A stretch of 63,611 bases of DNA, the filler included, from Folioceros fuciformis (Eukaryota), in NCBI GenBank assembly GCA_049999805.1. It is 9 parts of 9 records of this genome, joined end to end, with 100 filler letters (N's around TTAATTAATTAA, not from the genome) between each part and the next. Parts side by side here need not be neighbours in the genome. Positions count along the whole stretch, not along the records: positions 12,584 to 19,436 come from JBNGIO010005819.1; positions 19,537 to 35,349 come from JBNGIO010005823.1; 7 more parts are not named here. The stretch is one strand, 5' to 3'. Position numbers and translations under genes: made by a program. Under the pieces are notes generated by a model that worked only from the letters and a program-made list of their open reading frames with translations, searched no databases and had not been told where the DNA came from. Shown here piece after piece: positions 13,028 through 25,822 of the stretch. Numbering within the stretch: the stretch's first letter is position 1; each line of letters starts with the position of its first letter.

Positions 13028-15250
13028 GACTCAGACCGTCACAAGCCCTTGCTCCACACAGCTTATGAAAATGAGGCTGAGCGCGTAAAGGAGAATTAAG
13101 AGCAGGGCAAACCTGTATTCCGGCCCCCGCACAGTCCTGTTATAGCGGTCTTTCATGCCTTCAATTTCCATGGAACGCAACGAGGATGAGGCGTAGTGCT
13201 CAATCCGTGAGTGGTGGCCCGCTGCTTGGAGGGGAGCTCAACGGGCACAGTCTCACAAGGCTCACGGCGGCTACGATTGTCCTTGAATCTTAATCAGCAA
13301 GTGGGAGTAATGATATATAGTGCTGATATATGATTAAAGGGTTTATGCTTGATTTAAGATACGTTGAGTTATGGTTGAATAGTTTATGGTGTCGTTTCGT
13401 TAGGGTTACGACTCCAAGTGAAGAGCTACAACGTTTCACATTTTTAGTTTAATTTGTGCTATATTTTATAGACACTTACTTCTTCTTTTCTAAGAGAACC
13501 AATTATGTAAATGTTTTAATGAAATTAATTGTTTTAATTGCATTTACTTATATTTTATCACTACATTCACTTGGGACCTTACCACGTTGAGTTGAGCCTC
13601 GAGATGATTGTGGGGAAACTGAAGAAAGGTGAATCACGCCCCAATCTCCATGACGATTGTAAAGGGGAAACTGGCAGACAGAATCTCATCTAGGAGCTCC
13701 AGAAAACCATCAAACTACTGGAAAAAGTAAAGGATGTGATGCCAAGTGAGGAAGAGTAGTACTGAACCAGCAGCAAGGTGATTTGATCTGTCAAGGAGCT
13801 TCATCCACCTGCTCTAGTCTTGTGTATGCTCACAAAGATAACCTCTGTGTGGGCCTGATAATACAGGAAGGGTTCCTAGCTGTGTAAAGGGAGAGGGTCT
13901 TTGGTGTGGAGTGAGGGCACAAGTTTTTGTCTGTTTCGTCTGTCTCCCTTTCTCAGACAACCAAATAAGTCCTCACCGTTGAAAATAGGCGGAGAAATCC
14001 ACTAGCCCTAGTCCTTCCATGTGAGCGTAGTGTTTCTATTTAGATAGGCCCTTCGTTAAGATATCATCAGTGTTGTCTTCGGTGTTCACATAACCGACTT
14101 TGATTACTCCTGGCTCGACCACATCACGTATATAGTGATGCTGAATCTCTATATGTTTGGTCCGGGCATGGAATTTGGGGTTGGATACTAATTCAAGGGC
14201 TGATTGGTTACTAATTCAAGGGCTGATTGGTTATTGCAGAGAAGTTGTGTAGGTTGGAGTTGTTTCTGGTCCAAATCGCTAAGGAAACTTCTTTCCCCTT
14301 CAACTTCCTTAGAGGCCTCTGTCAACGACTTATACTCGGCTTCAGTGGAACCGAGAGCTATGGAGGTTTGTTTCTTACAACTCCAATTAATAACTATAGA
14401 TGCAAGAAGGAAACAGTAGGTGGACAAACTGCGTCGAGAATCTTGATCAGAGGCCCAATCAGCGTCAATAAACCCTGGTAAGGTGAGTTTCGATATTCCA
14501 TTCTTTCTATATACCAGCCCTATAGTGAGTGTGCCTTTCAGATAACGAAAGATTTGTTTCACTGCTGTCCAATGTGGCCTACCAGTTTTCTCCAGGAACT
14601 AAGACACAGTACTAACCGAGTATTGTATGTCATGTCGCGTCCAGCTAGCTACAAATAGGAGGCTGCCGACTGCATGTCGGTATGGTACATCACGCATGTC
14701 TTCTATCTCCTCAGTCCTCGCAACGCACTGCGCACGTGTAAGCTTGGTCCCCACTGCAAAGGGGGTAACTGCAGAACGAGCTTGATCCAGGTTGAATTTT
14801 CTCAGCATCTCGTTGATATATTTGTATTGATGAATGAACATTAGCCCTTCTGACCTAACCCTAAGCAGTTGGATACCAAGGTAGAACTTCAATTCGCCTA
14901 TATCCTTCATTTCGAATTTATTGCTTAGGTTGCTCTTGACATCTGACAAGAGCTGTTGATCATTTGTTGCTAGGATAACATCATCTACATAAAGAGCGAG
15001 GACCACGATAGAGGAGTCAATCGTAAGCTTGTAAACATTGGTGTCAGTTGTGCTCTAGACGAAATCGATGCTGAGCAGATACTCATGCATCGTCAGGGAA
15101 CAAACTCTCCCACTTTGTTTTAAGCCGTAGATACATTTCTATAACTTCAGGACCTTTTGTGGATTTTTCTCATCTATATACCCTTTTGGCTGTAGCATAT
15201 ATACTTCGTCATTCAATGCACCATGGAGATAGGCTGTACAGACGTCCATC

Positions 15251-16120
15251 TGTTGAAGGTCGAGGTTGTGCTCTGTGGCATATGCCAGGAGTATCCTTAT
15301 GGATTATGTGGGGGAAAATATTGCTCCCGGGGGTGCTACAAGGTCCAAACAAACCCTCTTTGTCGTTATAGCACTGGGATTCGATCCCAAGGGAATGAGT
15401 TGTGTTAAATAACACAGGTTTTCTCACAAATTCAGTTACTACCCAAGGTTAGTGTTTCTCATCTACCGTTCACCTACCGCCTATTCAACTACCTCGACCT
15501 TTTCGCGACTCGACTACCACCGTCGCCCCCTCAACTATCTTAACCCTAGACTACCTGACGGTCTACGCGACTACCGGGTGGGGTGCCACACCACTACTGG
15601 TCCTTGACGATTTAGTCGCCCCTACGGCTACCGCTAGACTCGGCTACTCCTGTTGCCCCTCCACAACGGTCGCCCAACCGGCTACCTCAGTGGGGTCCGC
15701 TCTCTCTCTTGCTCTTTCTACCTCACCCTTTCTCTCTCTAATTTACCCCACGACTTACCTTCGGCTTATGCCTCCTGATAGTTGTGATCTGTCGTGGACC
15801 TTTCTCTCTCTTATTGGCGATCACCCTTCCCTCACGACACACACCCTTCCATCCACTCACATCTACTCACTGATCCTCTAAGGGATCGAAGGCGCTCAGT
15901 TCACACACACATACACTTTCATATATGGCTCTTAACCAATTGGCACCCTCTCACCCACTGCTGCATTCTGCTCGCAATCTCAGGCCTAGCTTCCCACGTC
16001 CACTCACGCGTTCCTGCGCTTCAGCCACACACACACACACACACACTTCTCTCGACTGCACGGCACTCTGTCACGGCACATAATCACATCTAGTTCTCGT
16101 CACCCTCTCACTGCAAACTA
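15251..16120. mobile_element. Putative LTR fragment (R4) inserted in RT of D, with host deletion on the right
   Basis: Host codons stop abruptly at TGTTGAAGG; pyrimidine-rich non-coding sequence with a (CA)n tract near 16027-16046; right boundary approximate. Confidence 0.55.
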
Positions 16121-16693
16121 TTAGGGATCTGGATCTGGTTGCTGTTCATGATTGCCATGTGGGATGGGAGGATTAGGGTTATCTAACCCATCATCTGCTG
16201 GGGGAATTGCAGGCTGGCTCAATTCATCCGCATCAGGATCATCGAGTGGATAATCTACTGCTTCAGCCGAAGAGGTACCTCAGCATCCAATTGTATACCA
16301 TCTGATGTGGCTGGTGAACTTCTTTCCAAGAATGTAACACTACGTGCTAATACAATATCTCCTTTGTGGGGATGATATAACTTATATGCTTTAGCTTGTT
16401 CGCTGTAGCCTATAAAAATAAGAGCCTCTGCCCTTGGATCATGTTTCTTGCGATTCTTAGAAGGTATGTGAGCAAAAGCCTTAGATCCAAAAACTTTAAG
16501 ATGTGCTAAACTTTGTTTCTTATGCCAGAATGCCTCATAGGGTGTCATGTGTGGAATTGAGCTTGTAATAATCCTATTCAGGATATAGGTAGCTGCAACA
16601 ACAGCCTCGGCCCAGTATCCTTGAGGTAGACCTGCCCACAATAGCATGCTTCTGGTCATACCAACTAGAGTTTGATTCTTACGTTCTGAGTTG

Positions 16694-17672
16694 ATTAGGG
16701 GCGGCTTAGGTCAGAGAGAGATTGTTGGGTGGTTGACTGAGGTTAACCCTAATAGATAGAGATGGAGGTTTGGGCCAAGGTAGTATAAGAGGCTAGACCT
16801 GCCATTGAGGAGGGGGGCTGCCTACGGTGCGATTTCCCTGGACCTTGGGTGCAGACCTTCCTGGCTTAGGGCGCTGAGCTGGTGGAGACTAAACCAAGGT
16901 CCTGATTTCCCTTGCCACTATGGGAACGTGGGGGATCCCAAGACTGCCAAGATTCGTGTGGCCGGATCCGCAACGGCTGACCACTTTGCATGCTGGCTGA
17001 GGTGAGGTTGCAGGGCCGTGAGCCAAGGAGGCTTCCCAGCCCTAGGCCTCGTCTCTGCCTTGAAGGCTGCAAGAGGGAAGGCTGTTGTGTTCCAAATTGC
17101 AGGAGAGAAGGGTTGAGTTGCAGATTTTGGAAGTGGAAGTGTTGAAGTGAGGAGTTGAGCTGAAGTGAGGGGCTGGAGGGTGAAGTGAAGTGCTGAAGTG
17201 AAGGACTGAAGTGCTGAAGTGAAGGACTGAAATACTGGAGTGAAGTGCTGAAGTGGTGGAATGAAGTGTTGAAGCCGGAGTGAGGAGCTAGCTGAAGTTG
17301 AGGCTCTCGTTCAGCTGCGGAGGTAGCTAGCACTAGGTGCTGAGAGTTGGAGGCCAGACTTGGGGCTGGAGCCTCCTCTCAGCACTGAAGTGATTGATAC
17401 TTGGAGTTGGAAACGAGGGCTGCAGACAATGCTGGAGTTCTCATTTTGTTAAGGCTGGGGTTGGTGTTGTGGTAGGAGCTGAAGACAGGACCGAGAATTC
17501 TGATCTATTGCTCTAGCACTTGGCATATGCTAATAAATAGGGTGAGATTAGGGAGATGTAGGTAACCTTGACATTAGTTCACTCCCTTGGCAGCGAATCA
17601 TAAGACTGCAACGATAATAAGGGAAAGTGTGGCCCCTTGGTGGTTCTTGGGTGTGCAAGAAATCACTCCACA
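16694..17672 (+). mobile_element. R2 LTR, 5'-truncated, inserted in D integrase
   Basis: Near-identical to ~55859-56835; ends CACTCCACA; host reads QLTVP then resumes at SERKN with ~8 codons lost. Confidence 0.9.
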
Positions 17673-17981
17673 GGCACAGTCAATTGCCTAAGGACACCAG
17701 TTTCTTGAAGGAAGGAGTCAAAGGAAGAATTGACAAATTCGGTACCATTGTCAGTCCTTAATGTTTTAAGCTGTTGGCCTGATTGCCTTTGAGCTGTGTA
17801 AAACCAATCCTTGAAGAAACTAAATGTGTCACTTTTAGATTGCATTGGGTGTGTCCACGTATAGTGGCTATAATCATCTGTTAAGGTAAAAAAGTATTTT
17901 GAGCCTCCCAGGGAAGGTTCACTAATTTTTCCTGATATATCCACATGTACTAACCCAAGTGGATGTGTTGCCCTATGTAGC

Positions 17982-18079
17982 TGTGGACTCCACATGCTGA
18001 ACAGACCCCTGGGAAATGATAGGTTTTCTTTTTTTTGGATTTGTGGGTGAGTGTTGTAGAGGAAAGGTTAGAAGGTTAG
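17982..18079 (+). mobile_element. 5' end of an R2-related LTR, interrupted by R1
   Basis: TGTGGACTCCACATGCTGAA matches the start of the solo LTR at 55523. Confidence 0.8.
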
Positions 18080-19436
18080 TGTGGAGGCAAAACCCCGGGC
18101 ACTGATTGCCGACGGGTTCCACCTTTAGTGGCCACACTTATCCCACTGTCGTCGAGACATTGGGTTTCGTTCCCACGAAGGAGTGATGGGGTTCCTTGCT
18201 GCTGTGGATGGAGGGTCGGACTTGATCGACTCGATGATGGATTTGAGGGCTCCTCTCCAGCTCCGATCAGGCGTAGGACAGGCCTCGTTGTCGGGCGGTC
18301 AGCTGCACCTCTCTCGGTGCCCACAAACTCACTCCAGTCACTACAACGACTCTAACCTCTCAGATCTGCGACTTCCCTCACACACTTCACTCACTCTCTC
18401 GCTCCAGCACCAACACCAACAACTACCAGCAACCAGCAACGACACCACTGCTTTCTACACTTCCCTACGGACTCCTCCTACCCGGCAAGAGTCACTAGAC
18501 TAACCTCAAACAAAAGGAAGAAGGGAACACACTCCCCTCTTGGGTATCTCCTCCCCACAACCTTACCAGACGCCATGAGACATGGCCGGCCTACAGCACT
18601 TGACCAAGCAAGAAACAAGAGTGGACAGGTCGAGAGAAAGACACACCCTTTACAATCAAGAGCTAGGGGCAAGCCCCTTCACCCTGGTCATTACACCTTG
18701 TGATCCTACCAGACACTATACAACCGGCAACACGCTGCCCGCGATCCTACCAGACACTGTACAGCCGGCAACACGCTGCCTGCAATCCTACCAGACACTG
18801 TACAGCGGCAACATGCTGCCTGCGATCCTACCAGACACTGTACAGCCGGCAACACGCGGCTTGCGATCCTACCAGACGTTGCACAGCCGGCAACACACTG
18901 CAGGTGCTAAACCAAGCAGGGACAGACCACAAGAGCTCATGAAGAGAGGACCTCCAAGAGCTCACAAAGAGATAGACTGACTCCCAAAAGTGAATGACTC
19001 CCTCCTCCTACAGGCTCACCTGATCTTATAGGAGCCTCTCTCTCTCTCTGACTTCACCTCTCTCTAACTTGAGAAATATTATTTTAATAGCCTATCCGGC
19101 TGTCACCAGCCACTTATTTAGACTTCTAGCACAACCTGCCACCAATGAGCTTCTGGCCCTACCACCACAAGGATCTACCACCTCTTAGACTATCCACAGA
19201 CTTCGGAGGATGTCCGATCTTCAAAGATCTGCGAACGCCGCCTCTTCCTTGCTGGATGGTCGCCCGCTAGTCTTCCCCTGCAACTGTTCACCCTTGGTGG
19301 CTGAGCCAGCCTCTAGGGGAGGAGCATGAGCAATGGGAAAGATAGAGAAGAGGTGGGAAGGAGTGGGATCAGCAGCCGGAACCTAGCCCGAAAACGGTAG
19401 CTTATTCAGCGGGATCAGCTCCCAGCCGAAATGGTT
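18080..19436 (-). mobile_element. R1 large LTR with 5 copies of the 41-bp repeat (~18701-18903)
   Basis: Colinear with the other R1 copies. Confidence 0.9.
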
Positions 19437-19539
19437 NNNNNNNNNNNNNNNNNNNNNNNNNNNNNNNNNNNNNNNNNNNNTTAATTAATTAANNNNNNNN
19501 NNNNNNNNNNNNNNNNNNNNNNNNNNNNNNNNNNNNCAG

Positions 19540-19830
19540 TGTTCTGAAGGGACCATTGTGGAGGAGGTGGATATGACGAGTGCAAGGAGGCGTTTGGCTT
19601 GAATCTACCAGGTTATTGGAGTGCATCAGCGTGTATGGCCTTCTCTCTGTATGGCTACGGGCTGGGGTTATGGCGCAGAGCTGCTCCACCCAAACCTGTG
19701 TGTGGTTTGTGGGGAGGATCACTTTCGGGTGGTGTGGGAACCACATCTTGTGGTTGCAGCAGGTTTTGATGGCAAGGTGAAGGTATGGGCAGTAGGGCAA
19801 GACGCACCCCTGCACACATCCAACACGGCG
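19540..19830 (+). pseudogene. Possible WD40-repeat fragment
   Basis: HLVVAAGFDGKVKVWAV resembles a WD40 repeat; no intact gene model. Confidence 0.3.
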
Positions 19831-20701
19831 ACTATTTCAAAGCGTTCGCCAAAGAGGGATACTTGTAGTTGGATTTGGCACTAGCAGCGACATTTGGAGG
19901 CATGCTATGGCTGCCAAGCAAGCCAAACAATATATGAAACATCGAACAGCCAAGGGCTCACAAGTTGAGGGTCTGGCCTTCGTGCCCACGAAGACGTCCG
20001 TGGAGTGGGGCATACTGCAGGACTCCTCCCTCCTTGTTCCGGGATCTGAGGAGCCCAACTTTGACACCTACGGCACCCACCCATCCAGCCTACAAGGCAA
20101 CGACTCAAGCTCGAAGTGCTCTCGTTGCTAAGTAAGCAGCAGCCAGAGATGTTACTCTTCACCCTGACCACCAGTCTCAGAAAGAGAATCCGTTGGACAG
20201 AGCGAGGCAAGCCAAATTGTCCCACACGGCAGTAGCAGGGCAGGTAGAAAGGGAGGCAAGCCAAAGTGTCAAACAAGGCTTGGGAACCGCACGGATGAAG
20301 CTCTCTGAAGGAAAATGGGAAGGCAACAGGGCTGAACAATCCCAGCAAAAGCGATACAAGAGAAAAACAAACCAAACCAACATCGTTGTTGAAAATCCAC
20401 GTAGCATGAATGAGCAAAACAAGGTTCGAAGAAAAAGCTGCTTCAGTGGAACCACTTCCTCCCTCATTGCAGCCATCAAGAAAATGCTCCTACTCTTCTT
20501 CTCCAGTGAAAGCCTCCTCTTCCTCCTCACTGTCACGAGAGGGAGATTCATCACTGACGAGCCCACCATCCGTTCACGAATCAGATACCAAGTCCTCACA
20601 TAGGCAAGTACAGATCAAGCCCGACCACCAGACTTGTCTCATGCCAAACTTGCCTCAACTTCTCCACACATGCTACTCCCTCCCTGCTAGCCTGCCGAAT
20701 A

Positions 20702-21169
20702 TCATGGACCAGCCGGCCATGGCAGCGGGCAAGAATCTGGATTATGGTCCTGGTTCTCATAATAATGATACGTTAAAACACACTCGGTGGATGCATACCT
20801 CCCACCCGCTTTTCGTTTGCAATATCTTTCGAGCAATTGTATTTTTATGAAGTGCAAACAATTAAAACAATTAAATACTATAGGATAATCAGTAATATTC
20901 TGGCATTTCGTACTACCTGTAAATGCAGGAGTGCTCACTACATATTCTCTAGGAAACTTACCAACTCCTGCATCTATCATGACATTCACTGTAGTCCTCA
21001 GGATTTGAGCATTCGCATATGCGATGGGCTCAGGATCACATTCATGTTGCACATAATCACCCCCAAAGATATGCATTGATGGAGCGATGACACCAGGTAT
21101 GTACAATGCGAAACTCAAGCTTAACAGTCCGACCAAGCGGATCTCCCAGACCCGAGAGATGGTAACCAT
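20702..21169 (-). CDS. Secreted single-domain DUF26 (Gnk2/ginkbilobin-2-like) cysteine-rich protein, 155 aa, intronless
   Basis: Signal-like MVTISRVWEIRLVGLLSLSFALYIPGVIA; YVQHEC, GSTKC-x11-CFNC, YCKRKAGGRYASTECVLTY follow the Gnk2 cysteine pattern. Confidence 0.75.
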   Translation of the reverse strand: MVTISRVWEIRLVGLLSLSFALYIPGVIAPSMHIFGGDYVQHECDPEPIAYANAQILRTTVNVMIDAGVGKFPREYVVSTPAFTGSTKCQNITDYPIVFNCFNCLHFIKIQLLERYCKRKAGGRYASTECVLTYHYYENQDHNPDSCPLPWPAGP

Positions 21170-21293
21170 TTGGAAGCACCAAACCTTTTGATCTCTACAC
21201 CATTCCAATGCACACTTATCAACACAACAACTTGGAAGCACCAAACCTTTTGATCTCTACACCATTCCAATGCACACTTATCAACACAACAAC
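21170..21293. repeat. Perfect 62-bp tandem duplication abutting the DUF26 ATG
   Basis: 21170-21231 equals 21232-21293. Confidence 0.95.
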
Positions 21294-22294
21294 ATGGGAA
21301 CGAACTCAAAGAAAGAAACAAAACAAAACACAACCCATTAGGAAATGATAATCCTAGACTAAACAAAAGCCAAGAACTCACTAGTGTATCAATGTTTGGA
21401 CTAGTTGTGAATGTTGTTGGATGTTGTAGTTTGTTCTGGTGTCGCAAGCCACAGTCACAAATCAAATTAAACTAATTCTTCTATACAAGTAACTACATAT
21501 ATAATATGTATTGAACCTCGTTGTATATATTTAGTAGTTTGAGATATGGTGATGGAACAAGAAGTAAGAGATCAGAGACTAGTCATGTTGGAGAGGATTA
21601 GGAAGCATCATATGCTGTAATGTGTTGCATCATCAATATGCCTAAACTTTATAAAAGTAATAATTTAACCTCCAAACAAGATGTTGACAAACTAATTCAA
21701 GAGCAAAGCAATACTTATGTGGATGGCTCAATATTTTTTTTGAGAAAAATTCTTGTTTTTTTTAAAAACAGCCTTTAATATATCATATGTATATTAATAA
21801 GATATAATATATTTCTTAATGTATGAAAAATAGATCAACTAAATAAATGTGTTGACCATTTGCTAAAATTAGTTCTCCTTGGTTTTAGCTCCTTCATCAA
21901 CCTTAATTCCATCTTTTGTACTATATACATTTGTATTGTGGGTTGGATCTCTAAAAGGTGAATTTTGATAAAATTTATTAAACTCTAAGGAATGCTTGAA
22001 CAGGCGCTAGCAATGCCTCACGGCTAAGGCTAGTTGAAAAATGAAATAGTGACCGTTCCGTGAAGTACGGGTGGTGGTAGAGTTTCATCCGTGTTCATGA
22101 CCTGGATAATATTTGGCATGAAATGAGGTGCTTTTGAAGGTTTCACACGGTCGGATGCGGCTCGGGTTTCCGAGAAGGGCTTTCTGAAGGCTTGCTTTGC
22201 CTGGAAGGATTGCGGCCAACGTGAGTGCCGTGGACCTGTCGCTGCATGCTTTTGAGAATACTTCCTATCTTGGATGGCCTGGACGCGGTGCTTG

Positions 22295-25200
22295 TTAGCC
22301 TGCTTCTCCTGCGGCATCTGAAGAACGGACCGCGGTTTTGAGCCTTGAGCTCATCTTGTCCAACATGTCGCGCAGGATAGGGTAATCCGGGTGGTCGATG
22401 CCTCCGACGGAGAAAGAGTGTGCTTCCTGCTCGTGTTCGATCCAACTGCACCCGCGCTCTTTCTGCACACCTTGCTTGATCCTGAGCTTGTCGATGTCAT
22501 TCGCGTGGTCTGGAAGGCCGGCGTCAGCGTAAATTTGGGACATCAACACGTATGAGGCGGCGTGAGAGGGTTGCAGGAGCACTGCGTTGTCGAAAGCCTG
22601 TCTGGCGAGGACGACGTTGCCGTGCTTTCGGCAGGCACCGAGCACGCATAAACATGTGGCTAGGTCAGGTTGCATTGGCATCGTTTCCAAAAGCTGGATC
22701 ATGCGGGTGAAGCATCCTGAACGGCCGAAGAGGTCTAGCATGCTCACCAAGTGTTCGATCTCGGGAGTTATGCCGTGCTCTTTTGTCATGGAGTCGAAGA
22801 TCTCATGACCTTTTTCCACTTGGCCTGCACGACTGCAGAGGCATATTAGGGAAAGCAGGGTAACGCCGTCCGGGTTGATGCCTGCCAGCTGCATTTCCTC
22901 GTAACATGTGAGGGCCTCGTGCTCGAGACCTGCGCGTATCCTGCGAGCATGGCGTTCCATGTCACCACGTCTCTGGTCACCATGTTGTCGAACACCCTGC
23001 GGGCGACATCCAGGCTGCCACATTTTGCGTACATATCTACCAGGCAGCTTCCAAGGACACCGTCAGGATCTAGTCCCATCTTCAGCACCTCGGAGTGCAG
23101 TTGCTTGCCTTGATGCAGGGCTGCAATGCTAGCGCACGCTTTGAGAAGGCACACAAGAGTGATGCGATCAGCTGGAGTTTTGCCCTCGTTTTTCATACTC
23201 GCGTAGAGGGCCAGGGCTTCGTGAGCAAGTCCTTGCTGGACGTATCCTGCGAGCATGGCATTCCATGTGATCACATCTTTCACAGCCAGGTTGTCGAACA
23301 CCCTGCGGGCATCATCTAGACTCCCACACTTGGAGTACATGTCTACCAGGCAATTGCCAACGATCAGTTCAGCTCCCAGTTCCCTCTCCTGAACTAGGGC
23401 ATGAAGGTGCTTTCCCTGGTCCAATGATCCGATGCTGGCGCATGCTGTTAGCAGGCACACGAAAGTCACAACATCAGCGGAAGTAGTGCCCTCGTGCTGC
23501 ATTATTGCGTAGACATCAAGGGCTTCTTGCCCCAGCCCATGTTGAGCATACCCGCTGAGCAGAGCGTTCCATGTCACCACATCTTTTGTGGCGAGGTTGT
23601 CGAACACCTCACGAGCTTCGTCTAAGTCCCCACATTACACATGTCAACCAGGGTCAGCTTCCGAAAACCACGTCATCTTCAAGGCCCTTTTCTTGAACTA
23701 AAGCATGAAGTTGCCTCCCCTGATCCAGTGCTCTGATGCTGCCACAAGCTTTCAGCAGGGATATCAGAGCAATATCACCAGTCTGAGTGATGCTCTCCTC
23801 TTGCATTTCAGCATAAAGTGCGAGGGCCTCTTGACCGAGTCCATGTTGCGCATACCCTGTCAACATGGCATTCCAGGTCACGACATCTTTCGTGGCCAAA
23901 GTGTCAAAAACGCTGCGAGCATCATGTAAACTACCACACTTGGCATACATGCCCACTAGGCAGCTTCCGACAGCTGTATCAGCCTCAAAGCCCTTCTCCT
24001 GAACCTGGGCATGGACCTGCTTACCCTCGTGTAGGGCTGGGATGGTGGAACACGCTTTCAGGAGGCACACAAAAGTAACCTGATCAGCTGCAGTGGTGCC
24101 CTCCTCTTGCATGCACCTGTAAAAGCTGAGGGCATCTTGCCCAAGGCCATGCTGAGTATATCCTGCAAGCATAGCATTCCAAGTCACTACATCTCTGGTG
24201 CCCAGACTGTCAAAGACGGTGCGGGCATCCTTTAAGCTCCCACATTTAACGTACATGTCAACCAGACAGCTCCCAATAACCACATCGAGTTCCAGCTTCC
24301 TTTCTTGAATCTGAGCATGAAGCTGCTTGCCCTGATCCAGGGCCCCTAGATGAGCACACGCGTTGAGGAGGCACGCAAATGTGACATAATCAGCAGCATG
24401 GAGACCCTCCTCTTGCATGCTTCCATACAGACAAAGAGCTTCTTGCCCAAAGCCATGCTGCATGTAACCTGTAAGCATGGTATTCCATGTCACCACATTC
24501 CTTGTTGGCAAGCTCTCAAACACTGTGAGCGCATCGTCAAGGCTCCCACATTTTGCATACATATCCACCAGGCAGTTGCCAACAACCACGTCCGTTTCCA
24601 AATCTGTACCCCGGATCTGGGCATGTAGCTGCCTACCCTGATCCAAGGCTGCAGAGCTGGCGCATGCTTTGAGGAGACAAATAAATGTCACACGAGTAGC
24701 TGCAGTCATGCCCTCACGCTGCATATCTCCATACAGTGCCAGAGCTTCTTGAAAGAGCCCACGCTGAGCATACCCTGCAATCATGGAAGTCCATGTAACC
24801 ACGTCTCTTGATTGCATCCTGTCAAATACTTCACGAGCACCATCCAAGCTTCCACACCTTGCATGCATGTCAATCAGGCAGTTGCTAATCATCAGATCGC
24901 GTTCCAGCCCTCTCTCTTTGACCTGAAAATGTAGTTGCTGAGCGAGATGTTGTGCTCCAATGCTGCCACATGCTTTCAGAAGACAGACGAATGTAACATG
25001 ATCAGCTATAGTGACAGCTTCTTGCTGCATACTAGCGTACAGGCTAAGGACTTCTTGCCCGAGCCCTTGCTGAGCATATCCTGTGAGCATAGCGTTCCAA
25101 GTGACGACATCTCGTGCGGGCAGATTGTCAAACACCCTGCGAGCATCACATAAGCTTCCACACTTTGCATACATGTCCACCAGGCAACTACCGATAAACA

Positions 25201-25822
25201 TATTGGGCTCATCCAGCCTCCTCAAAACATCAGCATGAACCTGCCTGCCAGATGTCAAATCGGATGCACTGGCACAGGCTTTGAGAGCAGCCACAAAGGT
25301 ATGATTGTCTGGCATCACTGTTGACTGCCGCATTTGCCAGTACATCTCTATTGCTTGGGTAGGCTGTCCATGGTCAGCGTGTGCCAAAATAATGGAAGAC
25401 CATGAATAAGCATCCGGAGAGGCGAGTCCACTGAACACCTGCGATGCTTCTTCCAGACTCCCATGAGATGCGTACATCCGGATGATGTGATTGGCAAAGA
25501 ATCTGTTGGACTCGCAGCCATTACTGACCACAAGAGCATGAATACGACTGCCAGTAACCTTGTCCTTCTTCGTAATGCACCCCTTGAGGAACCCAGAAAA
25601 AAAGGATGTGGATACATAACACCCTTTCTGTACCAAAAGGTCCAGCACTTCAGCACCCTCAAGGAGCTCCTCCCCGCCACATGATTTCTTCAAGGTCCTT
25701 CCCTTTCGATTCACGTGACACTCTCCCACCCTGCAAGATCCAGGGCCTGTCAAACCGTGAATCCTTCCAGTAGTTGAGAAGGATACATACACTACCACAC
25801 CAGGTAGCTGGCTCGAAGGCAT
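22295..25822 (-). pseudogene. PLS-class PPR RNA-editing factor with E/E+ and no DYW; two frame disruptions (~23640-23656, ~22930); the true 5' end may extend to ~26200-26440
   Basis: About 9 P-L-S triplets (DVVTWNAML..Y.QHG / TFVCLLKAC / LVDMYAKCGSL), then LGACRKHG, YVLMSQIYA, GCSWIE, HSFSVG. Confidence 0.85.

Larger units (their letters stand above)
13973..17981 (-). pseudogene. copia element D pol remnants (IN 17673-17981 and ~16120-16689; RT-RNaseH 13973-15250) split by nested LTRs
   Basis: LRTDNGTEF, YWAEAV, QMDVCTAYLHG, LYVDD, DADWA, DILTKGL; same family as 45367-47871. Confidence 0.9.

Noticed and set aside
14186-14231. 23-bp tandem duplication in RNaseH of element D
   Set aside because: Ordinary slippage lesion in a dead element.
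16866-17333. 155-aa LQHFSPS-repeat ORF
   Set aside because: Antisense translation of GAAGTG-rich LTR repeats.
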